DNA from: Zancudomyces culisetae HAW-14-8
Taxonomy: Eukaryota; Fungi; Kickxellomycota
DNA length: 64,000 nucleotides
Assembly: GCA_052426225.1 (NCBI GenBank)
Contig: JBNJNM010000021.1
Location: forward strand, 1,922,001-1,986,000
Direction: 5' to 3'
Both the position numbers and the translations under genes were made by a program. This document shows, one piece after another, positions 14,512-27,600 of the stretch; position 1 is the stretch's first letter; each line of letters begins with the position of its first letter. The notes below the pieces were generated by a model. The model searched no databases. It worked only from the letters and a program-made list of their open reading frames with translations, and was not told where the DNA came from.

Positions 14512-14742
14512 CTGCCCTCATCTCTTTCTGACTGGATCCATCTGGGTCTTAGTTTACTCATGAAGCCTGACATTCTTTATGTGAGGTTTTAGGTTTCTAA
14601 TATATTTTAAACTTAATATTCATTAACCTGCCATAGCACTATTTCTAATAAACTTCCTATTTATCCTAAACCTGGATTTTAATTCTGAATTGATATTTAT
14701 TTATCTTATTTTCTTTTACTTATTAAAACTATTAAAAGAGCT
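14512..14742 (-). repeat. Dispersed repeat, inverted copy of ~22076-22308 (probable 5' end of a transposon ORF)
   Basis: Reverse complement matches the leader and MSGFMSKFRPRWIQSEKDEG coding start at 22246. Confidence 0.75.
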
Positions 14743-15144
14743 AAAAAACCTCAATGGGTCTTCCTTTGTTTATATTTAACTATTTCAATAAACTAATAAT
14801 GGCTATATTTAATTTCCATTGTTTCATCCTTGTTTTATTGTGTTATTGCTTGTGGTTTCGTTTAATTCAACCCTATTCGTATTTCTTAATGTTTATAGTT
14901 ATTATGACCGATTTACTCAAACAATATAATTTTTAAATTGTATTGGTATTTATATTTATTATTTGATTGTTTTAATAATTGATTTACTATTAGAAATCGA
15001 CTTAATAGTATTTTTAGTAGTTGTTTATGTAATATTAAAATATTAATTTGGTTTATTTGAGTCTCGCAAGACATCCAGATACATACGACACCAGTATACT
15101 TTAAAAATAGATCGGTTCAACTTACCTTAATAAGTACTATATTA

Positions 15145-16896
15145 GTGTTACCAACAAGCTTTCAACATCAATATGCTTTAGGTACATCAAATGACTTGTA
15201 TAAACGAAAAGAGTGGACCCAGAATGTAACAAAACTTATAAAATATCCAAACTTTGTATATAGGCTTGAGGATCTCTACAATTTTACAGAACTGAGCTTG
15301 CAAACACAATTGCAGGTGAAAGAATAGATTTATCAACTGTTTCATCAAACCATGTATTTGAACTTGACGATCTCGTTATAGAACCTACGTTTTTCACCCC
15401 ACCTATCCAAGACAAAGCAGCTGGTACTCCTAAAAAAAGTGATAGTGAAGACTCCAAAAGAAAAAAGTCTACATCCCGCTCACCAGCTGCAAGTAAAAGT
15501 AAAGCTAAGATAAAACAATCACAACCACATAACCCTACCAATACCCATCCTACTGCATTTGGAAAAGATGAAAAAATCCAAGAGATATGCCAGTCATATA
15601 ACTCTGTGCAGTATATAAGAAATCCCTGTAAAGACTCTAACGGATCATTTATAATCACAGGATTCCTATCATCAGCTGATATTAGTGGTGCTTCAACAGA
15701 CACTAGTCTTGAAGATAGAGATTTATTAAAACTGCTAGCTGTATATCTATCCTCGTACCCAAGTATAACCTCACGAAAAGTAAAAATTATATTGTCTAAC
15801 CGCTTTAGTGGAATATACAAGCCAGAAAGTAAAACATTCAACCCAGAAATATTCGATATTCAGACTTGTACAGAATATGTTAGCAGCCAGATAAAGACCA
15901 GGGCACTGTATACAACATTTGGCTATCTCAACACGATACTTAGGCCACAATTTAACAACCACTTATGATTTCGATGGACTACAAAAGTTACGTTCCCAAC
16001 ATCAGTTTTAATGGCGGCTCGTCAAACTACAATCCAGATAAGTCGGTAGTGGATATAGGAATTACTCAAGTAGACTACTCATCAAACAAAAAAAGTGTTA
16101 CAGATAACGTATATAGTCCAGGTAATTCGATTACACCTGGGAATATGCTCGAAAGGAGAAATAGCGATGAGTCCATTGGTGCATCAGCTGATAAAGCAGA
16201 GGTAGTAAAAGACAACAAAAGTATAGCGGATGAAACCGAGAATATAGATAGTAATGCAAGCACAACAAGAACACAACTTGAAAAGTGCATTCGGGATCAA
16301 AATATGGCAATGGCCAACTGGATTTAAATTTTATAAATTCAAACAAGAAGTCGCAGGTTATCACAATATCTGAATAATCACTTTGGTCAATGAAAATGAG
16401 AAAAATCGAGAGACTGATGGAAAGAAAACAACGACATATGCCTTTGAGGTCAAAACACCTAGCTCCAAAGCAAAGAGCACAACTGGAACAGCAAATATAA
16501 TAAACCCGTCTATGAACTCCACACTATTAACACCTTTACCTGAGAATTTTTCTTATTTTTTGTTTGAAGAAAACAAAAAACATAGAAATAATATCAGATC
16601 CTTTGCCTGTATTTAAAAAAACCACTACTGTGGGTAACAAGCAAGAAGACAGTGCCAAACAATCAACTCCAGAGCAGGAAAACGTAATTTCATTTTACAT
16701 CTACAAGTCAAAACACTCCATAAAGATAGGATCCGGGTTGGTACTGCAAACTGAATTGAAAAACCACATTAATTTGGATTTTAAAACGTCTGACGATTTT
16801 GAAACTCTTTCTAACTTATTTCTTAGTTCATTTGAGAAAATTTTTACAGCCGAAAATAAAACGGATGATCTTGCTCGTTTGATAATCTGGCACTAA
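15145..16896 (+). pseudogene. Fragmented coding-like region, possibly a decayed transposon ORF
   Basis: Chain of short abutting plus-strand ORFs with Ser/Thr/Lys-rich composition; no motif recognised. Confidence 0.35.
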
Positions 16897-18062
16897 CCAA
16901 TGTTTTTCCAGTAAACTAAATAGGAATGAGCACATTTAGCGCTAGCAATACCAGTTTCAGTAATAATGTTGTTATTTTAATGTTCGGGATGTTTTATTCA
17001 CATGGAAATTTAGCATATTTGTTTGTATATTTCATACAACAAAGTAATTGAATAAATTCTGAGGTGGGCAGAAAGATCAAATGATTTGTAATATTAACAC
17101 GTGTTATGTAATCAAGACATACACCAAAATTGTTTTTAGCTATTTCGTGTTTGCTTGTTTTGAAATTCAATAGTTTATGCAGTTGTTAAACCAGGGTCTA
17201 AAAGCAAGTTATTTATTTAGTATCCTAATATTTCTTTTATTCTTTACCATACAAGTTCTGTACATTATTGTAAAAATAGACAATATTCTTACCATAGTTA
17301 TCTAAATAAACTGGAATACTCCCACAGCATTAGATAAAATTTTACGTTGATAGTGGACGTTTTTTTATTAATTATGTTATATATTGACATCCTAGTAACG
17401 ATTTTGTAATAAGCGAATTGTTTTTGGGAAAATAATATTTTAACCGGTTACAATTCATTTCTTATCAACCCAGTACAAAAAGTGAACCAGTGTATCAAAA
17501 TCCCAAAGTAACAAATCGGCATTTGCTTACATTACTTCACAAATTCTAGTTTTATAATTGTGTGGTTGTTGGTTAACTCATCTGGGACTTATTTTAAATC
17601 TTTAATTTCAAAAGACTACCAGAATTTTTTAAAAGTACTATTGAAAATTAGCCAAACATCCCATGGTAACATATTTTTTTTCATACGTTCCAGAATTTAT
17701 CTAATTTTCACTTAGTATGGAAATATTCCTGTTGTGGACTACTAATTACACTGGCTTAAAATTTAAACGTTCAAACATCGGACTTAACTAATGATGAAGT
17801 GCAAATTAAAAGAAATGGCATCAGTTGAACATTTTTATACTTTATTATCTATGTTTACTTTATGATATTTATTAAGCTTAGCTTTTACCTGTCTTGAGCA
17901 TATAAATAAGCGGGTTCCAAGAAAGAGATGTTTCTAAATTAAAACTTAAACATTGTAATAAGCATTTTTCTTTTTCATTTTTCTTTGAAGAGTTTATAAA
18001 CTTAAAGACAGTTAATTTTTATTTTTTCATTCAATATAATATAAGACAATATCAAAAATACA

Positions 18063-18968
18063 ATGAGACTTATAGGAGTATTGATTTCCCTGGCTCCAAC
18101 CTTGCTAATGCACGTCTCAGGATATGCAACTGGGAGTAGAAAGGTATTAAGATCCGAATTAGATCAAGACAGTGATGAAGGCCTTGTAACCAATATTATA
18201 AACGGTGTTCAGTCAGACAGCGACGAATTCGGATTTGCAGCGCAGATATTTGTAAAATTGAACAACACTTTTGAGTATAAATGCACTGGATCATTGGTCA
18301 CTGAAAACTATATACTCTCTGCAGGACATTGCGCAGTTAGGAATAAGATACAATTGAGTCCAGATAGTTACAGAATTGTACTCGGGAGTCGTTCTCTTGG
18401 TGATCCAAATTCTGGAACTGATTATTACAATGTAGTCAAAATTAATTCAGGTGATTACGTTACAAGTAAAGCTCACGACATCGCACTATTCAGGCTAGAA
18501 AAGCCAGTTCCAAGCAGCGTTGCAACTCCTATCAAGATTTACCCATTCAGAGTATATAATAAACTACCAGTAACAGTTGCAGGTTGGGGTGTTACTAAAG
18601 CAGGTAGCGCTACACCATCTAATGTTTTGTTGAAAACAGTAGTGAATATCTCTAGCAGCTCTAACTGTACAAAGTATAACCCCAACTGGACAACTAACTA
18701 TGGAGCACTGCTCTGTCAAGAGAGCTATAATGGAAATGACTCTTGTCAAGGTGACTCTGGTGGACCTCTAGTAACAGTGTATGAGGGAAAACAAGTACTA
18801 GTTGGTGTGACATCAAAAGGACGTAATAAAAATCCAAAATTCACTAACAAGTGCGGCAAGAATAATATAGCATACTACACCAGAGTTGGATATTTTTTAA
18901 ACTTTATTTCAAATGAGACTGGGGTTAGTCCCAGATACTTAACGCCAGATCTGAACATACAGTTTTAG
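18063..18968 (+). CDS. Secreted trypsin-like serine protease (peptidase S1)
   Basis: Signal peptide, propeptide, mature start IING; catalytic LSAGHC, HDIAL, GDSGGP; the Asp in NDSCQGDS indicates trypsin-type specificity. Confidence 0.95.
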   Translation: MRLIGVLISLAPTLLMHVSGYATGSRKVLRSELDQDSDEGLVTNIINGVQSDSDEFGFAAQIFVKLNNTFEYKCTGSLVTENYILSAGHCAVRNKIQLSPDSYRIVLGSRSLGDPNSGTDYYNVVKINSGDYVTSKAHDIALFRLEKPVPSSVATPIKIYPFRVYNKLPVTVAGWGVTKAGSATPSNVLLKTVVNISSSSNCTKYNPNWTTNYGALLCQESYNGNDSCQGDSGGPLVTVYEGKQVLVGVTSKGRNKNPKFTNKCGKNNIAYYTRVGYFLNFISNETGVSPRYLTPDLNIQF

Positions 18969-20059
18969 TCACAGTTTCGATACCTTGTTTCGGTTTCCAT
19001 AAATAAACATGATCAACTTTTGAATTTAAAAACAGTTAACCTCAAAGTTCTAGCTTATCTTGATACTATTATAGACATAAGTACACAAGTGGTGTTAAAC
19101 AAGGTCAAATAAAATGAACATCTCTATATTGTTTTAGGTTTAGGCAGTATTTGGTAATTAATTTCAGCTAGTAATTTTTTCATTATTTCTTAGCTTGACA
19201 CAATTACATGGTGCAATAAAAAGTGTTATAAACTAAAGCAATACAAGGATAACTATTAAACTTACTTTCTCTATCCTCAAGGAAATTGATCCGGCATTTT
19301 TATTCTAGAGTCTAAATATATCATCCACAGCGATATTTAAAGCACCCCTACAAAGTGGTTACTGTTACTTCATAAAATATATCACTTGTGTTTTTTAGAG
19401 ATTTTATATGTTCTGTTAGGAAAGTGGTATTACACCTATAGTTTATTTTATTCAATTGTAGTCATTATTAACTAGCTTTATGTGTTCTTGTTGCAATTTA
19501 TAAATTAACTTGAGTAAAAAGGATTAAAAATGGTTAATATTACTTTTCTTGTGTTTAATGCAACTGTTTCGACACTTATGTGGTTGATAAAGTGGTTAGT
19601 GTTTAAAAAGTCACATATTTTTATTTCTCTCGCTCTATGGATATATGAAAAAACATTACAAAAGACTACAAAAAACATATAGGTATAACGTTTATAAATC
19701 ATTTTCTCGCTTTAGCTCTAGGGTCTTCATACCCACCAGGCGTTGGTTCGAGGTGGCTGATTTTGGCTGAATAATTAAAAGCAATTATTTCTGGCAAGAA
19801 TACTATTCTTAACATTTTGAAAATATAACTGATTATAGAAAATAAACTTTTGTATATTCAAAATTATTCTGTAAATAATCGTTTGTAGTAGCGACATAAA
19901 AAGGAGTTAAAATAGATGGTAGCTTCATGTGAAAAATACTTGTCAATTTAAACTAAAATTTATAGCTACTTTTATTTAAATAACATCAAAGTAACTAAAT
20001 ATCTTTAGATTAATCATGGTTGAGAGTAGTTGACAGAACTAATTCCTAGAAATGGTAAA

Positions 20060-20494
20060 TTACCAATAGTTTGGTAGATGTCTATACAACCAACGGTCAT
20101 CTTCTTCTTCCTCTTCTTCATCTTCATCTTTATCTTCTTCCTCTTCTTCACCTTCATCTTTATCTTCTTCTTCTTCTTCATTCTCTTCATCCTTTTCATA
20201 TTCTTCATCATATTCTTCATCATACTCTTCATCTGTACCGCTACCATCTGCTGGTGCAGCATCATCAACTGGAGCAACTTTCTCCTCTTTTTTAGTACTC
20301 TTGTGGTAGGCTGAAACGACAAACCGTTTGTTAAAGGCAGGACGAGCAGGTAGGGCAAATCTTCCAAAGTTCGGAACTTGTCTTATTAGCGGTTGCATAG
20401 GGCCGGTGTTTTCTTTTGGTCTTGGGACGACAGCAGAATTTACTGATACTGTGACAAGTGCGGCTGCGAGGAGTGTGAGTGTTGACTTTACCAT
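20060..20494 (-). CDS. Secreted protein with long Glu/Asp tract (144 aa)
   Basis: Signal peptide MVKSTLTLLAAALVTVSVNS; basic Pro-rich N-half; ~45-residue acidic run. Confidence 0.75.
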   Translation of the reverse strand: MVKSTLTLLAAALVTVSVNSAVVPRPKENTGPMQPLIRQVPNFGRFALPARPAFNKRFVVSAYHKSTKKEEKVAPVDDAAPADGSGTDEEYDEEYDEEYEKDEENEEEEEDKDEGEEEEEDKDEDEEEEEEDDRWLYRHLPNYW

Positions 20495-22075
20495 TTTTGA
20501 TATTCAGTTTAATGCAGTTTGTGTGTAGCTTGTGCGCTAATATAATATTTCAATGGAAACCACTGTAGTGATGCTTTAATCTGTTACTTGAAGAGACTTT
20601 AATTGTAGACGAATTTTTTGAATTCATCAGAAATTGTTCTACTTTTATACTTTTACTTTCTCTCCATTTTTATCTATGACACTCTTGCAACACTAATAAA
20701 GAGTGAACCTTGAATTATCTTAAAGATTTGTAATACAACCTAGTTTTACAATTCGAAAATACAACCTAGCTTCGAAGTATCTCTAATAAACTTAGCTGTA
20801 TCAAGTAATTGTAATTAAATATAATTGTGTAATATTTGTTCAAAATTCTAATTATTGGCGGCTTTTTAAACTTTTTAAAAATAAAATATCATGCAATATG
20901 AATTCTGGGAGTAGCATTTTTAACATGTACATGGTATTCATGTACAACTGTTTTGTTGGTTATAGTTCATATTTGTCATTACAATTTATTAGTAAAAGTT
21001 TAATTATTACTTAATGCAGCTCAACTATTTTGGTTTTTTGACTCTTTGCCTTTTGTTAACTGGTTTTGTTGTTTGTTAGTGTCTCATTTTCCCTATTTTG
21101 GGTTTTTAAACATACCAAAACCATAATTATTAATATCAGTTATTGGATAACAATCAAATAAAAAAAATTTCTACAGCGTATTATTATGCTCATGTTACAA
21201 GAGAACGTAGAACCAGCGTTAATAGTATTATTTTTAGAACGCAACTTAAAAAGGAAAAATTAAAATGTCAACTATCCATGAGAAAAAAAAGTAAAACAGC
21301 AAAACACCCGATCTATTAAATGCTTGTGACTTAAACTCGTTCATTTCCATCTTTTCCAGTGAGAAGTTAGGTGTTGATGTTTTCATTCAGCGGACAGTTG
21401 TACTGTTTATTCCACAAATATCGTAATTTTGCCAAATCTCCCATTTCATCAGGAATGCGTCAGAGTGATCAAGAGATTACAGGATAATGTAAAAAAAAAC
21501 ATAAAAAAACATTAGTAAATACAAAATATAAACCTTTAGAAAAGCAAAGCTTGTTTTATTTAAATTACTCCAGAATACCTTGCTATAAGAAAATATAGGC
21601 AGTAAATAGCTCCCTTAAATCAAAATAAAATTTTTACCACATTAGACGAAGTATATTAATATCAATAGTATACCCTTTTATTTTATAAAAACCTCCAGTT
21701 TGATTTAATGGTGTCGTGTGTATTCCGATGTCGATCGGAATTCACATTTTCTAACAATTATTTAATTTACTACATAAACAATCAACTAACATTCTATTAA
21801 AAGTTGATCACTGAAAATACTATGATAATTATTTTTTTTGAAAATATATATAATAACACAAAAAAAATTATAAAACGAAAAATACAATTAAAAAGATTAT
21901 AGGAAATCAACATTCAAATATAGGAACAATATGAAAACGAAAACGAAGTAACAACGATAACACACGATACAACTCAGTATATACAATAGAAACATAGGTT
22001 ATTTGAATTAGCTTTTATTAGGTTAAATAAAATAGTATATATATAAGCGAAGGAAGACTCGATGAGGATTCCTCA

Positions 22076-22476
22076 GCTCTTTTGATAGTTTTAATAAGAA
22101 AAAGGAAAGTAAGATAAATAAATATCAATTCAGAATTAAAATCCAGGTTTAGGATAATTAAGAAGTTTATTAGGAATAGTGCTACGGCTAGTTAATGAAT
22201 ATTAAGTTTTGACATATTAGAAGCTATTAAAATCTCACATAAAGAATGTCAGGTTTCATGAGTAAATTTAGACCCAGATGGATCCAGTCAGAAAAAGATG
22301 AGGGCAGATACTCATCTGATAGTGACCGTTCGGGAGCCACTTCTATGGAAGTGGATCCCAAAGAATCACGTGACCCATTTGCTGATATTATGGATCATGT
22401 TTTTTTACAATTGAAAAACCCGACAAAGGATGAGGCTGCACCCAACCTCACCCGACAATGGCTATGTTTGGATTGA
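22076..22476 (+). repeat. Dispersed repeat with truncated ORF start (22246-22476), probable transposon 5' fragment
   Basis: Homologous to 14512-14742 in inverted orientation; SMEVD resembles gag-type motifs. Confidence 0.55.
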
Positions 22477-24530
22477 AAAAAAAAACATCACAAACACCAA
22501 AAAATTAAAGTAAACTGTAGTTAGATTGTCAGGTATGTCTAGTTTGCAATCTCGGAAGGCAAATGTATGATTTCAAAAAAATAACCCATCTTTATTTAAT
22601 AAATGGACAAATTTTGTAAATTTTGTTATTTATCATTATATGCTTCCGAATCTTTGAATATGAAAACTATAGAAAATACCGATTCGAACTATTGATTTAA
22701 ATTTCACTGAACCTTTATTACGTTTAGTTTAGTAAAACGAATTTGTAGTATAAATATTAAAAAAGTTGAAAAATAAAATCCTCCAGAATAGTAACCGTTT
22801 TTCTCACAGTTTCTTTTCCCCTTTTATCGTTCTTCTCATTCCTAATATTACTAGTGATTTTCTAGAGTTTCCGTATGATTAGGATATTGGTACATGGGAA
22901 AGTGGAACTACGATATTTGTTTTTAAACTAGGTAGTGATGAGAGTATTTTCGCTCTGTTTTAAGTTGCATTTTAATTCCGAAGAATTTCAAAAAGTTTGA
23001 ACTGTAATCCTTCCTTCCTACCAGGAGTAGGATCAACAACATAATACTTTTATAAAATTAACTTTTTTCATATAATATGGAGAGCTCCTTAGAGACCGTT
23101 ACATTTTCTATGATTACCTATCCCAAGTTAATTTTCTTTGTAACTCTTGGCCTATCACTCAGATTACCTTTCATCCCAATAATATTGCTTGTACTTATAA
23201 ATACTCATACATGTACATTATCTACTATGACACTGTTAACTTCACTATTCTTTTATACCGCTCTATTAGGTTAAGTACCACTCCAACATCTAATATCGTT
23301 AATGATCACATTCACAAGCTGTGAGTTCACGCTTAATTATGATGTTAAACGCTGACCAATAGGGCTTTTTAATTACAAATAATAGTAATATTCGAAATTA
23401 TTCTCTTCCTTTAATTCGCCTTTCCTTGATCTTCAAAGCTTTAGCCTTCATTTGCTAAATAATATGTAGGCGTCCATCTTAAATCAATATGGAAAAATAA
23501 AAAATGAGATAGGAAGTTTCTCATAGTAACTTGGAAGTAATATACTCCATGTGCTGCGTATATTTTGATGAGACTATTGTTCCGTAAAAAAATCATATAG
23601 GCCTTAAAATATATTTTTGGTGTGATTTTTAGGAAATATTTGTCAAAGTTACAGCAAAATTTAAATGTATAAAGAGGATTACGTAGATATCTAAGTTCAT
23701 CTACGTTTAAAAAGGATGGTAAAAATGTAATATTTAAATCCATTTGTGACGGTATTAATATGGTATTGATAGCGAAATACAGGTTTTACTTCAATTATTT
23801 GTTAAATTATATTTATTATGATAGAAAAGCTATAATAAGTACTATATTTTATAACATTTCACTATAGTAAATATTTCTTTTAATAAACAGACCAAATGAT
23901 ATTGTATTGTGTTTATTTGATAACTCATTAGCACAGAAAAGCCTTATACCATTTATACTTTTTATAACCGTGTATTATATACATAAGACCTAGTAAATTA
24001 ATTAATATAAATTAAAAGTAAATCCTAAATAAATATTAAACTAGACTGTTGCTGTAGAAAAAATCCAGAAGGATATAAAAAACTAGGCAACATAAAATAA
24101 ACTGAATCTCCTATAATAATTGTTAAAATATGTTAAATGGTAAGAATATGTATTGATTAAATAGTAGGTTGTTAATAATATGTTTAGTTGAATGAAATGA
24201 AAACTTATTATTATTATGCGAACATCCAGATACAATTATGTGTGTACCAATCTTTATTATAAATCGAAAATTCTTTCCTAGATACTATTTTTATCGATTA
24301 ATCCATTACCTTAAAATTTGGTAAAAAATTAAATCGATAAAAAGAGTGTTTAAATTTAGAAACTTTATACGTAATGATGTGTGTAATGACAGACATCACT
24401 GTATAATTTTTATAAAATAAGTAAAACTAACTAAATAAAATAAATTTAAACCATATATAAACTGATGTCCCCTGTTTCCTGATGAATCTTTACCATCGTT
24501 GAGCTAGGTATGGGTGGGAATTGGGTGGGA

Positions 24531-24625
24531 CATAATTGTATCTGGATGTTCGCATAATAATAATAAGTTTTCATTTCATTCAACTAAACATATTATTATG
24601 CTTCACTTATCCAGATACAATTATG
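24531..24625. repeat. DIRS internal complementary region (ICR)
   Basis: Left part is the reverse complement of 24173-24240; right part is the reverse complement of 28679-28710. Confidence 0.92.
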
Positions 24626-27600
24626 TAGCTTCAGAGTTCAAGATAAATTGAGTTAAATTTTCACGAGTTCTACGTGATAATTGATAATAAGTATCAAATA
24701 TACCTTTACTTGCCCAAAATCCTTGTGCAATAACATCGTCGTATGTCGCACCTAGCTTTGTAGCTCTAGTAGATCCTAATGCTCGAGCTTTTGGTAACTT
24801 TGCGCTTTCTGGCAACTGCAAGAGTGACATCAATGAATTAATGTGTTTACTGATTCGCTGTGCCCCAATGTGTTTGTCGTTATACTTTAAGTTGCGGATA
24901 AGGTAGTGCAATTGTACTCCATCGAGGATCGGATGGTTTGCAACACTCGGAAAAGTTGCAATGCGTTTTTTATATGCTCTGTATGTTACTACAGGACATA
25001 ATTTATAGTCGCTATGTGCGTGGATTATACTGACCTTTTCAATCGGATTTCCACTTCGCTTTTCTTTTGGTCCAACAATAACAAATTTAACATAATCTTT
25101 ATTGATTTCCGTCTTTGAATCATCGATTCGTTCAATGTCAGAAGGTCTCAAAAATCCACAAATTGCTAGCAACCAACAAATTTTAATTGTTAAATTTTGC
25201 TTGCTCATTTTAAAATTTGAACCAAAATTTTTAATATGTTCGATAATCGGATTAATATCGTAGTTAGGGTTGTTAAAAGATCGAACTGAAGTTGAATCGA
25301 GCTGTTTTAAATAATCAATCATCAAAATATCGCTGCTAAATGTTCGCCATTCAGCATTAATATCGATGATAGCAGACTTGTAGTTTTTTATAGTACCAAC
25401 TTTTAAATTGTTACTAATACGATGTTCATCAAAGAAATTGATAACATCAACAACTGAAACGTTATTAATATCAAGTTTTGCAGACTCTAACCACTTAATA
25501 AACTTTACCTTGATGTTGTAATATTGTTTTTGTTTTGCCATATTTCGTTTACCAGTTGTCATTAACATGATAACTGAATCTTTTAAACCCGTTTTTTCAA
25601 GGCGTGCGCGCTTAATTTCCAGGCCGTAAGCGACCATGTTTTGTTTATCTGTGTCACTTGCTTTCCGCTTTTTGGATCCGGAATTATATGTGGAGCTAAT
25701 ATCTTGATCGGTGGAGCTATTAGCATGCTCTTGAGATCTGGATACCATGGTGCTGACCTCCAAAACGGTGTTATCAATGTCGCTGATACTTTGTCCTGTC
25801 TGATCTTCTGTAGTGTTTTCTGTATCAGATTCCATGGTGGACAAAGGTATGGATTCGTCCAAATGCTCCAATGATGATTGAATGCATTCGTTTTTGCTGC
25901 TTCTGGTGTCCATTTCCAACTCACAAATGTTGGTAGTTTGTGGTTGTTGTTGTTGGCAAACATGTCCACATCGTGTGGACCAAACTGTTTCTGTATCTTC
26001 TGAAACATCTTGTCTGATAGTGACCACTCTGTTTGAGCTGTTAAACGTGATGGTGCATCCGCTGGATTCAGTATTGATGGCACATACTGAATCTGAACCC
26101 GAGTGCCATTGCTGATGCAATGTTTCCAAATTGCTTCCGAAATGTCCATCAGATTCACTGATTTGGTTCCCCCATGCTTCTTGATGTAGCTGATTGAAGT
26201 GTTGTTGTCGCAATATACAACAACACTCTTTCCCTGAACCTGTGGCAGCTTCACTGCATACTGGATTGCTAATAATTCCTTCGCATTGATAGGGAGCTTC
26301 ATCTGTTGTCGTGTCCATGTCCCCGTATACTGATTGCTGTCTATCACTATCCCCCAGTGATTGTCGCTCGCATCCGTATATACTTCTATCTCTGGGATCT
26401 CCGGAAGGAAGCATAGACCATTCCATTGCTTCAGATGGTCCCTCCACCACGTCAGATTGTCCAGTGCAGGCTGATTCAGTGTTACTTGTGAACTCCAATC
26501 CGTGGTGCGTTTCAGAGTGTTGTTTTTGAGCTCTAACAACCTCCTGCTCATCAGTCGTCCCGGTCTGAGTGCTATATTCACTGCCTGCGTTTTGCCAATG
26601 AATGATGCCAGATCCTTCAGTGTTGTACACCCTTTGTGTATCAACCTGGATGCCTCTCTCGCTAAATCTTTGAGTTTCTGTTTGGGTATCTTGAAACTCA
26701 TCTGACGGCTGTTGATGTCCATCCCAAGATGCGTAATACATTGTTTGGGATGTATTGATGACTTTTCCTGGTTGATCAGGAATCCCAGTTTCACCAGTTT
26801 CTTGGAAACCATATTTGTGAACTTTAGACACTCTGTTTTTGTTGATCCTAAGATTAACAAATCGTCTAAGTAGCTCGACATTCGTATCCCGCGAGCTCTG
26901 GCCCATTTCAGTACTGGTTTTAGTATTTTTGTGAATACTAGTGGGCTTAAAGATAGACCAAATGGGAGCACCCTGTACTGGTAGGTGCGACCGCCCCATG
27001 TAAACCTGAGATACTTTCTGGACGTTTTGTTGATCAATACGTGTAGAAATGCATCGCTGAGGTCTATGCTGGTCATATAATCCCCTTTGCGGATCATTCT
27101 GGAGATAGTTGTGAGCGACTCCATCTTGAAATGTCGCTGTGGGATGTACTGATTTAACGGTCTTAAATTCAGTACCATCCGCGTGCCTCCGTTCTTCTTT
27201 GGGATTGTAAACGGATTTGAGTAGAACCCTGGCTGCGCGGATGAAGCTTCCTCTATTGCTTTCTTTGACAGGAGGTTTGCTATCTCCTGTTCGACCACTT
27301 TTTCTGGAAGCTTTTTCAAGTTGTAACCTAACGGTTTTTTCTGCTTGACCGTCGGTGGATGCGTTTTGAAGGGGATTCTGAACCCTTCTGAGATCACTTG
27401 GAGTATCCATTTTTGATCTGTGAGGCGCATCCAAGCCTCCTGGAACATCCTCAGTCTCCCTCCTACTTTCGGTGTTTGCTGCTGTTTGCAAACCGAAAAT
27501 TACCGCCAGTAGCAGCGGATTTGTGTTGTCGTTGTTGTTGGATCTGCTGCGGCTCTGCTTGAACATTCTGGTTAACTGATGGCTGAAACGGAATGCTTGG

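Noticed and set aside
19715-19775. GC-rich patch with GGTTCGA (B-box or HDV-ribozyme-like)
   Set aside because: No cloverleaf and no consistent P1/P3 pairing found.
20014-20367. Poly-K/M, poly-F/I and poly-L/H ORFs
   Set aside because: Alternative frames of the GAA/GAT-rich acidic-protein gene.
24460-24500. CTGATGA in the DIRS ITR as a hammerhead core
   Set aside because: No correctly placed GAAA or flanking stems on the same strand.
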